Origin: Phoronis australis
Taxonomy: Eukaryota > Animalia > Phoronida
Direction of reading: 5' to 3'
DNA: 64,000 nt
Assembly: GCA_002633005.1 (NCBI GenBank)
Contig: NMRA01000273.1
Span: 501,555 to 565,554, forward strand
The position numbers and the translations under genes are program-made. Shown here in pieces: positions 36,501 through 48,500 of this stretch (the stretch's first letter is position 1; each line of letters starts with the position of its first letter). The notes under the pieces were generated by a model. The model had not been told where the DNA came from. It saw only the letters and a program-made list of their open reading frames with translations, and searched no databases.

Positions 36501-39500
36501 AAACTGGTGAGCCTGATTCTTTCATAATAGATGCATCTAAATCGCAGATTACATACAAGTAGGTCAGTCAGTCAACAACTGGTGCCCTGGAACCTGAATA
36601 ATGCAGAGGGTGGGACACTCTCATCATAGCTACTATCAGCTGGTGAAAGTATGCAGACAAATTATTAATGACCTGGTTAGTAAATGGAATTGAATTTTGA
36701 ACACTCACCATCATTATATCCTGGCTCCTTGGCACTGGAATAAAACAAGGTCAGATCTTCATTACAGGAGCAAAAAGTTTAAAAACTGCTTAGTGCTGGC
36801 CAATAAAAATCATACCTATCTTCATTTAGTTTCAAATATTAATTGTAATATATTGCAAATTACAGTCTCAACAAGGCATTGTACTGTATGTACCATGTTT
36901 GTTTACAGAACATATGACAAGGTAGTAATCAGTGACAGCAGTATAGTCCATGACAAATAACAAATTGCATTAAAAATCCATTACCAAGATTATGTGTGAA
37001 ACTTTAGATCAATTAGTCCAGGAGAGCATCTGAAAAATTAGACTATTTAAAAAATGTTCTAAATGAAAACAGCACCAGCAGTTCAAGAAAATGGAATTTA
37101 AGAAATGCGTATGTTCCACAAGTCCGCATATTCCCACGACCCAGAATCACTAAAAATCAGCGTGACTGATGAAGTTGTACATATTTTTCCGTTCACGTAA
37201 CTAATGGAGTAGAAGGACAAAAAAAAACTTGTGGATTTTTGTGAAACTTTGCCGAGCTATAATCAGCGCGACAGGGATAACCAGTCACTTTCAGAGACAC
37301 TGAATTAAAATAACACATCACAATGTTTTCAATAGAGGAACATAATGTTGACATACACATCTGGTTCAAGCATTAACAAGTTTCCTCCAACTTCCACTTA
37401 ACATTTACAGCAGCTGAACATTGCTAGACAATCAATTTGATTCCCCTCCACAACAGCACATTTTGACTGACAACCGGCAGCAAATTGACAACCCACTTAC
37501 AAAGCAACACAGCTCTGATATACCTGTAAACATGGTAATATAAGAATCGATGGAAAACAAGTTCAACTTCTCTCACCTGACACAAAATTTCTTTTTGTAT
37601 GATTAGGTTGGTTATTGTTTATCAATGAAAAAAGGGGGATAAAATGTGAATTCATTTTGCACACCACTTCAGAGAAATTGTCAGGCTTTTAAACGTTTTG
37701 TACAGAAATGAAGTGTTCGCTACAGACTGGGTTTTAACATATCTTTGACGCAATTTAGCAAAACAAGTGTATAATCTTAGAAGCAATTTTGATAACACGA
37801 AAGAAATAAAATTTGAAGAAATAAAAGCCATCAGCAGTTTCATTTTGTGGTCATCTTCCTGTATTTTTCACTGTGGCACTGTACCTGATTCCACACATTT
37901 TCCAACATAATTTGTATGCAGTTCTGTGTCAGAGTAAGTATGATTTCCAGACTACTTTCGCATTTTGGAAGTTGGGTTCATGAGACCTCACTCATGTTTA
38001 AAAGTTAAAGGCAAACACTGGCTGGAAAAGAATGATTTGGTTTTACCAAAAGGTATGCCACACTTAAGCTACATATAAAACAAAATAAAGAAAAAATGTA
38101 TTTCATTATAATTTTCATTATTTGTAGTGGTAAATGTGTTTCTTAGTTAAATTTAAACATGTTTTGAGCCAATAAAGTTAAAAAAATCATGTCTGCATTA
38201 AAACATGTGATTGAGATTCAGTTAATTTCACTTCCTTAATTCAGTTAAGTATGTTATGACCTAGATCTAGAGTTATGAGCGGTTTTGTTATACCTGTTCT
38301 TCCTTGCAAAGCTAACCGACAGTTTAACTCATTAACTGTTTGAATTTAAAAAGTGAGAAGCTAGACTAACAGCTGTTGTGAAACCTGCAACTAGCCATGT
38401 AGAGGCAGCAGTTAGTGCGGCTAAAGATAGACCACAGTGAGTCTTGGCTTAAACAACAAATTGAGACTTTTTGAAAATATTTTTTAAAAAACCAATTTTG
38501 TGCTTCTTGATAGACTTGAGGAGCACCATTTCGGCAATTACAATAGATAGGCATTTATAGACAAGTGTGACTCTATTTGTTGTTGGAAGCAAAGACGTGG
38601 TCTGTTTAGAGGAGAGAGAGCCGCGGTGACAGTGGGCTGCCCATCCTGAGAAGATGCCTGTTGACCTAGACAGAGAAATGATGTTAATAATTATAAGTAT
38701 GAAAGTCTGTGACATTAAAGAGGTCCATGGACCAAGAGGGCAGAGTCAACCATTAAGATGTCCAACTGAATACCATACATCACTTTATTTTTTTCAGCAG
38801 TCTGTATTCCACCACCAAGATGAGTCGCATTCCAGGTAGAAGTCAATTATTGGGGTCTTGCATTTCGACAACCAGTTTTTGCCACACAATAACAAGCACC
38901 AAACTGGTTCTCAAACTACAGGGACCCCTGTAAGTGACTATTGCCACATTCCAAGCATTGATGGAGTGATCATGGTTGGACTAGACTGCCCTCTATTGTT
39001 CATTAGCCCCACCACCATTCATGCATGACCAACAGAATGATCTGAGCAACACTAGTACTACTGTAGCTGAATGAGGCTTTGTGGCATAAATTAGAAAATA
39101 ACTTTTCACAAGAACTTGAGAATCAATGAATGCCTAAGATATCACACTTAAAGTTTAACTTCCTTTGGCTTGAATTAACTGGGTATTTTAAATGTGATAA
39201 CTTCAAGATGTGGTGCTCAGGACAGTGAAGGTCATGTGTTTAGAGACTTGAGCAGCGGATGTTTTTAGATTAGTAGCATCTATAGGAGACTCGTTGAAGT
39301 AGTGGCAAATGGTTACATTACACTGCCATTGAGCACAACATTGTGGTACTTCTTAATCAGGGTATGGTTAGCAAATGGCAAAGAGGTGCACTCGAATTCA
39401 AGGAATGTGGCCTTTGCAAAAAGTTGCAAATTCTTTCTCATCAAACAGAGAGAGACAGGAAATGCAGAAAACCATGTGACCACTTGACACTAAGTCTCCC

Positions 39501-42500
39501 ATTGTACAAGTAATCAGCAGAAAGAAGAGATATGAGGCTGACTGAGGGAACCAAGACCTTCTTGAGGGTGGACGGTCAGGCCTAGTGGCTGGAGACATAG
39601 AGTGTCGACTGGGCGTGTAGCGGCCATTCTCCATCACGGTCTCCAGGTGGGAGCGGTTGGAGTAACTGGGAAGGTTGACCATTGAGGTATAGCGGGTTGG
39701 AGGGGCATTCCATGCCTTGTCCGGGTTAGACAGGCCATATATACTGTAATTTCTGCAAGCACATATTATTTGTAAACCAAACGAGAAACAAAAGGCATGC
39801 TTACACAAACAAGAGATCGTTAGCCTGAAATAGACAAATGGTGCAGTTAAACATGAATTCATGACATTTCACCGGATATGAACGAACACATAAAAAGTGC
39901 ACAATGAGACAATGAGGCCAATCTTTTGGCAAAACAACAACTAAGTGCATCTGATAATCTGAAATCAACTGTATTGACCACGCGCAGTATTTCAGTGTTT
40001 TACAGAATGCATAATGGTTTTTACTCAGTAAAACTAGAACCAATCTCCCAGGGGAATGGGGCATCTGTACCGACTGAGAAGGAACCATAATGAGGATCTA
40101 ACCAGGCGCATTACTCAACTCACAACCCCACAGACACAAATCCATGCTACAACTAATAGCAGATTTTCATGTGTGGCAAAACGCTAACAGATTTTCACTG
40201 CCAAGATACACATGTTTTCTTCACATATACCTGGGGTCAACAAAGGGACCATTTTCGTCAATGATTAGTTTTTCTCACAACCTGTATCCATTTCAAAGTG
40301 GCAACTGATTTTTCACTTCTTGCAGTAAACCAATTAATGTAACAATAGCTAGAGACCACTTCCTTTGCACATGTGTGTCCTTTGAAGTAAGTGGTCCGGT
40401 TACGAAAGTGCTAGTGAAAACGCCACCAGTTATAACATAACTCAAATTGCCAGCAAAAATGAACTTTGCAACCATTCACATTATTGATATAGTACTTTCG
40501 CTACAAGCAAACATACCAGCCAGAATGTGAATACCATAGAGACCATTAAGTACGTACATGAAATGGTCCTTCAGAAAGAAACACATAAAAAGTATGTTAG
40601 CCTACATCTAATTACACAGAATTAACAAGCACAATAGATGGCTAACAATTTGTCATCAGAAATTATTACGTTATGTACCAAGCTATTGAGCTGTTCCAGC
40701 TTATGTTATCTGGCAACGACTAGAATATTGTAAAATGGTTGATAACCCAAAATGACAAAACATTTTATTGCAGGAAAGACCTGCAATTTAAGATATAATT
40801 GACAGTTTTATTGCGTTAAAGCTTTTTATATGAAAATTTTAAAACCTTTCAAAAAAGGTTGTAATGCAAATGAACAACATTTACAGGAAACGCATAAGTC
40901 GAGTGGCATCATTCAGGAGAATGCCTTGTATACGAAGCAAAGTCATACTTCAAAGCATTTGAGAAAAAAGCAAACAAGGTCATCCTCAAAATATTTACGT
41001 TCCCCTTGCCCATCAACCTTGTACTGACAAGGGTTCGTAGAGCAGAAAATGTTTAGTTTTCTTTTATTAACATGTACACTCAATTTTGGTACAAATTCAT
41101 TTTTAGTTTTTACAATTGAAAAAGCATATTCTTACGTCAGATAGGAAAAAATTAGAGCATATTTTACAATCGGTGGCATGAGAGGAAACAAATCGTAATG
41201 TATGCCTGATTACTTCATGTCATGAGTTGTATATTGTTGAGTTACAACTCTCACCATAAACATAGTTTAAGAATTGGTCAGACCGTGGCCCAGGGTCCAC
41301 ATCTACATTGAAGTGTGCAGGGAACCCACCATGACCCAGGTTCCAACTATCTACATAATGGAAGTTGCAGGAAACCCACCATGGCCCGGGGTCCAACTAA
41401 CTTCATATGGAAGTGTGCAGAGAACCCACCATGGCCCAGGGTCTATCCACATATGGAAGTGTGTAGGGAACCCACCATGGCCCAGGGTCCAACTAACTTC
41501 ATATGGAAGTGTGCTGAGAACCCACCATTGCCCAGGGTCCAACTAACTATGGAAGTGTGCAGAGAACCCAGCAGTGACACACCAATGGCTTCAATTCCCA
41601 AATGTCCCTTATCACAACAGACTGGCCATTCAGGAGTGTAAGATATCATAACATACTGGTTACACTGTGACACAATCTGTTATTACAAGTTAGCAGGTTT
41701 CACTGTACTCAGGACTGATAACATCTTGTAATGTGACCCCATAGTGTGAGGGATTGGCCTCAGAGATGGACATGGTGAAGCAGACTTCTTTCCAGTTGGA
41801 GCAAAACTTTGAACTCTGCATGTCCAGAATGATAAGACTAATAACAAGAAATTTACCGATTCACAAAAATCAATTGTTGCAGACAAAAAGCATAACATCA
41901 AAGCCACAAAAACTGTGTACCACCTATTCCAGTCAATTGACAACTCTTGATACAAACTGCCAACTATCAACATTCAATACTCAAGCTGAGAAAAGTCAGA
42001 CAACTGACTAAAAATTTCCAACATCTGGTGCACACGAATATAATTATGTAGAGATACAGTCAGACTACTCACTCTCACAACATTTGAAGCACAGAATGCA
42101 GCATTTGTTGATACAGTTGGATAACTGACTGACCATTTGTTGTACATGAATATTTGGAGATAAAGTCAAGCTATTGAGTATTCCAACATTTCCTACACAA
42201 GGATATAAGTGAAGGCACACATATTCTGTTTAGCTGATGCCTCCCCCTTCCCCCTCTCCCCCGGGAGGGCACTCCACGCTGTGTTTTAGAAGGGTGGATT
42301 CAACAAAAAGGACCACATTTTTGTATGGATCGTCCATAGCGTGGAAAGTCCATCCTATTGTAACTCTTGTGGTTATTCAACAGCTGCTTCATAAAACAGT
42401 ACAAGTGAAGATGTCATGACAAATATGAGCAAATCCTTAACAAGCAAAGTTTTAAAATACAGATAACATTAAAACCTTTATGAAGATTTTTGTAGTTGGG

Positions 42501-45500
42501 AATGGAACCATTTATAAATTTTGAACTCTCAAGTGAACCCTTAGTCGAAGGGAATTAGATCAGAAAAGACACTCTTTTAGAAGCAAAGCGGTCGTGAAAG
42601 TCGCCCACCCAAGTGGTACATCCTGTACAGTCCCCTCAGCAGCTGAACTCACAGGATAACACCTCCATCAACAGCTTAAAACACAGCTTCTAGAATCCCT
42701 CGAGAAATACTCGGGGATGAGAATCAAATGCAAATTCAATTGATTTTTGTTCCCTCAATAACATGGTTATTACAAGCTTTCTAAGTGTTCCCGGTGTTGA
42801 AGGTTGGATTCTTATTATTCGAAGTGGACTACAGTGGACTGTGTCTAAACTATGTGAAATTCAGATTAGATAAACATTATCTACACTTACAACTTTGTGA
42901 TCAACTCCACCCAACTGCCCACTATGTTTGAAGCTAACAGCGTGCCAGCATGCTAGAAGCAATATAGCAAAAAAAGGATTTTTTGATGGAAAATCAATAC
43001 ACACCACTGTGGTAATGGTAATTGTTCAACTCATAGTCTACTGCGTTGTTATGTAGTAACTGATGACATTAAAAAGCCAGTTAGTTAAGGCTAATTAGTC
43101 TCACTTGCAACAGCTATAGCAAACAGTTCTTTCAGCTCAACACATGTTCAAGTAATTCAGCTGAGCTTCCATAACATGGCAAATAAGGTGGTGCAGGATG
43201 TTGTTTTCTGATTCCACTTCAATGTTGTATTATTTTCCCACAACACACAGGATTTTCAAAGCCTAATTTGATAAGATCCTCCCAAAGCACAATACAATAC
43301 ATCAAATCTGTCAGATAAATACAGTAATACCATTCATAACATGGATAGTCCATTGATGTACCACAGAGATAAGTATAAGCAGACCAGGGCAGATACTAAA
43401 CTTGACACAAGAATCTATACCAAGCAGGAAGACCACATCATCGTGAGCATTCAGTTTGTGTCCACCAGGTGTATTTACCACTAGCTCACTGTTATGCGTC
43501 CTAACACACAATATGAGACCCAGGACTCCAAACTTACTTATTTCTACCACAACATGATAAACATGAATGAAAGTCGACTAAATTCATCAAAAATTCTGGA
43601 TAATTTAAATTTGTGGCAACTATTACATCCTTGAAATTGCCATACAGTTTTGCTTACTGGTCATAATAATATTAATAATATCAATTAATATCAATATATC
43701 ACCTCGATACAGTGACAAATAGTGTTGTGCACCAGTTCACAGCAAGGGCATCAAAGTGTGTAATACTAGAAGAGAATAGAAACAAAAAAAAAACTATGTG
43801 CCTCGGAAACTTTAAGTATAGCTGATTTAATGTCACACTAAAACAGATTATAGATGAATTGGTATTGCATGTCAGCATCATGAAAGTGTCGGTATCGAAT
43901 TAGCATTATCCATAAGTTGTCATTATCTAGTCATACCCAATCCCACTCACACCAAAACTTAGTCTCATACCCAATTCTAGTCATACCCAATTCTAGCCAT
44001 GCCCAACCCTAGCCATACCTAAACCTGTCATACCCAATTCTAGTCATATCCAATCCTAGTCATACCAAACATAGTCATAACCAATCCTAGTCATACAAAA
44101 TCTTAGCCATAACCAACCCTAGTCATAACCAAGCCTAGTCATACCCAAGCCAAGCCGTACCCAACCATAGTCATCATGAAAAAGTTGACATTTCACGACA
44201 ACTGACATGTATCTCATCTGCTTGACTCAACCAAGATTTAATTCACACACAACCTTGCAGAGTGCAAGAAGGACGTTTTTGCNATAATTTAAATTTGTGG
44301 CAACTATTACATCCTTGAAATTGCCATACAGTTTTGCTTACTGGTCATAATAATATTAATAATATCAATTAATATCAATATATCACCTCGATGCAGTGAC
44401 AAATAGTGTTGTGCACCAGTTCACAGCAAGGGCATCAAAGTGTGTAATACTAGAAGAAAATAGAAACAAAAAAAAACTATGTGCCTTGGAAACTTAAAGT
44501 ATAGCTGATTTAATGTCACACTAAAACAGATTATAGATGAATTGGTATTGCATGTCAGCATCATGAAAGTGTCGGTATCGAATTAGCATTATCCATAAGT
44601 TGTCATTATCTAGTCATACCCAATCCCAGTCACACCAAAACTTAGTCTCATACCCAATTCTAGTCATACCCAATTCTAGCCATGCCCAACCCTAGCCATA
44701 CCTAAACCTGTCATACCCAATTCTAGTCATACCCAATCCTAGTCATACCAAACATAGTCATAACCAATCCTAGTCATACAAAATCTTAGCCATAACCAAC
44801 CCTAGTCATAACCAAGCCTAGTCATACCCAAGCCAAGCCGTACCCAACCATAGTCATCATGAAAAAGTTGACATTTCACGACAACTGACATGTATCTCAT
44901 CTGCTTGACTCAACCAAGATTTAATTCACACACAACCTTGCAGAGTGCAAGAAGGACGTTTTTGCAACTTGACCATCACTGACCACTGGGCCAGGCGCAG
45001 GTGTAGAGGGGGTACAACAGGACTCCTTGTCCAGTCACTTTTACAATAGCTGCAGAAATGGAGAATTACAACCACCCACCATGCTTATCACCTGTCAGAC
45101 CGCCCACTACGTTTTTTCCTTGTCAGACCCCTACCAAAATCCTGGATACGCAATTGTGAGGTGCATCTTAATGTACTAAAATGAAATACATATTACAATG
45201 CATATCAGTCACCTAGATCATTCTTTGGTGTAAGTCAACTTGTTCACTGACCTGTGGGGTGTGTCTTGGTTAAGATCTGTGGAGGAGGAAGGCCATTTTC
45301 TGGCACTCTGACGAGACTTTGGTGTCAGCTTAGGTGATGGTGGGTGACTACGATGACTGGATGAGAAGTCAGGGGTGGCTGCGCGGGGGGACACATCTGT
45401 TCTGGTGGGCACATTTGCACGTCGAGGAGTGTTCTTCACATGTGGTTTATTCGGTAATGTATTACTAGCTGAAAGAGAAACGCTCTTCTTTAGTAAAAAA

Positions 45501-48500
45501 TTGATGTAATATACGACATTATTTATTTGAAATGGTAACTATGTACATTTTACAAAATGAATGGAAGCCCTACAGTTCTCGTCACTTTCCCCTGATCGCT
45601 GGCCATTGACAATATACACAAATTTTGACATTAACTTTTTATAGAGATATTATCCCAATACTTAATAAATTAACTGCACAATTTCAGTCCATTCATCTGT
45701 TTTCGATGACAAAAAGCAAAGCTTAAAATCTTGCAAATGACCTGATATTTGACTATGCCCTAATAATCGAATATTAGGCCATGGTCTGTTATCAGGGAAC
45801 ATAAGAATTTTATTACAAAAATTTTATTGCACATAAAGTGTTCAATCACGTCAACCCCCTCCGTGACTACAATGCACACTGTGTGCACTTGTGAAAACGA
45901 CATTGACAGCATGTAGGCATAGAGCGATCTCTCAAAGATAACTGATTACAAGCCTCATGTGAATAATGCTCACACAGCTAAACTGAGAGCAGCTTCAATT
46001 CCTGCCGTACATGACATCCATCACACGCTAATTCGATACAATTCATCATTTTCAGTACAACATACACGTATAAGTAATGTTCATGATAATGTCACACAGA
46101 AATGGATGAACTTTGTAAGGAATGAACATGATTCATCACGCAACCCAACTTTTGATGTGGACTTCCTAGCGTTGGATATAGGTCTCAAATTGTTTCTTAG
46201 TCAAATTGGAAATGATTTTAGGGCTTCAAAAGAAATGAAACACAATTAGAGTGTGAGACCAGAGATCTACAAGTTGATTTGTCGTGGTGTGTCATTTTAT
46301 GCGCCGAGTGTGGTCCCAAGAAATAAACTATCGGACAGTTTTTCGCAAACCCAGAAATCACTTCTGATTTGAGTAAGGAACAAGTTTCATATCAGTAAGT
46401 GCTCTCAATCAAGAGTTTGCTTCCTGGACGCCACTTTAAAAGCAATCATTTTATGTAATAAACCAATTTTCTAAATTTCTAGACCATGTCTCTATTCATG
46501 AGTGTCATGCCTTCATTCCAACAAGTTAAGATTTTCACCTGGCCATACCTCTGCTCGTCTCTACAGCAGCAAGTCTGCGTAGTGCATCACTTAGCGCACT
46601 CTTCAGGCAGACTATCTCATCATCCTGTTGGGATACTTTCTTCTCCAGTGCCAGTATACGCAGGTCTACATCATCCTGGTCAACTGAAATGATAAAATTT
46701 CAAATTCAGACGTTAACGATAAGAACATCTGATTCATAAGTTGTGAGAAATACTTAGACACGTTTTGCTAAATTTTGTCAAGTTTGTAAGACATTTGTGG
46801 TCCTTTACCTATCATTCAAAACTATCTACAATCAGTTTACACAGCTCTCAATGGTCATTTTTCCATTACTTATGGCCTAATGACATCAGTCACAAATGAA
46901 TAGGAAGTGAATGGCATTGAGCAAGATGCTCAAATTTCAACTAGTCCAAGTCAGCTATGACCTCTAGCTAATGTGTTCAAATTCTGCCACTATGTGGGCC
47001 ATTTTCAGTTCCAACCTTGCTACATAACAATTTGCCATTTGACTTGAGCAATGATGCCAGAAATGTAATAAAACTAATACAACAACCATTCAACTGATAG
47101 GACACACAGTGTTCACATTACTGACAACGTAATTCACTTACAACAGGACACGTATGGTTAATACAATTATTTTCATTAATTTTTATCAAAAAAAACAACT
47201 AAAAAGGATCTAGATTAAGGGTACTTCCGTGAAAGGTGAACCCAGAGACATAAAACTGTGATCATATTAACATATCTGGTCTCACCTGATAGGCCAATGT
47301 GTCTTGTTTCAGGACCTATCCATAACTGAATTTCCTTTAACTTCCAATTTGTTTACTATCTAGGCAAATTTTTGGAGGTCAGTTAACCACATTTTTACTA
47401 GGTGAAACGAAATTTCTCCAAATATGTTGCGTTGTCATAAAATTTTTGTTTTGTTTTGTTTTGTTTCTTTGTTTGCACGTACAGGTCGTAACTCTTATTG
47501 GATCAATGTGAAATTTACACACAACATGTTTCGTAAATGCCTCGAAGCCTATTGTTTTTCATAAAAATTGAACGAGTTTCAATTTTAAGGCTGAAGTTAA
47601 AAATTAAGATGTCCAAATCAAAGAATTCCTAGGCAAGGTTAGGTTTATGGAAATAACACCTACGCAATGGTGACTTTCTCATGGAAGGTCCATAGAAATG
47701 GGCCCTTTTCTTCAAGTCCACTCTCTTCAATAGGAGAGTAACCTAGTTTTCCATCTGCACTCCCATAAAAATATAGTCAGGTACCCCACTTGGGGACGTA
47801 CGTGTCTTTAAATATTTTAACAAAACAAGTTATTGTCCTGGAGAAATTTGTACATTTTATTTTTTTGAATAGCTCTGAAGCTCAAACTCAATATGAAAAT
47901 GATATGGACATGCACACAAAAGCATGTGAGACACTAAAATTCATTTCTATCATGTGGCCTATATGGTGTGCATTAGACCAGTTTTAACTATCCCTGTATT
48001 ATCTGCACATGTCTTTTGTATGTATCTAGATCTCCTTTATAGTACACTATTGATTGACTGCAGTAACAGATTCACAACCATCCTGTAAGAACTTTCACAG
48101 ATCAACCATTCATGCAGAGGCAACGCATGTCACGGCTCATCAAATATTTCTCACAGTCCATAAGTTCACAAATGCAGTCTTTTTAATTCTTGGCTTTCTT
48201 TCCGGACATGTTGACAAAAGCTAGGTCAAAGAGTAGGAGAACCTAATGAAGCATAGACTGAAAATAATGAGCTATTATAACATGTGGACATTTGCAGCAT
48301 ACAGAATCATTAATTATTGATTGAGCAGTTCTTAGCAGCTGCCATGCTGGAAAACAAAGTGGATGGCGTCTTTGTGCTGAAGTAAAACTGACTTACAAAT
48401 TTACTCACAATGACAAACTTCACAATTTCCATAAAAATGAAGAATCAAATGCATACTTATTTACAGTAATTAACAGGTACATTGATAATGATAATGTCCT

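Noticed and set aside
41274-41673. Overlapping ORFs in several frames (also 59026-59652 and 61950-62346)
   Set aside because: They are translations of minisatellites.
43600-44965. Apparent 683-bp tandem duplication as a biological event
   Set aside because: Near-identical copies joined by a single N, typical of a scaffolding overlap or uncollapsed alleles.
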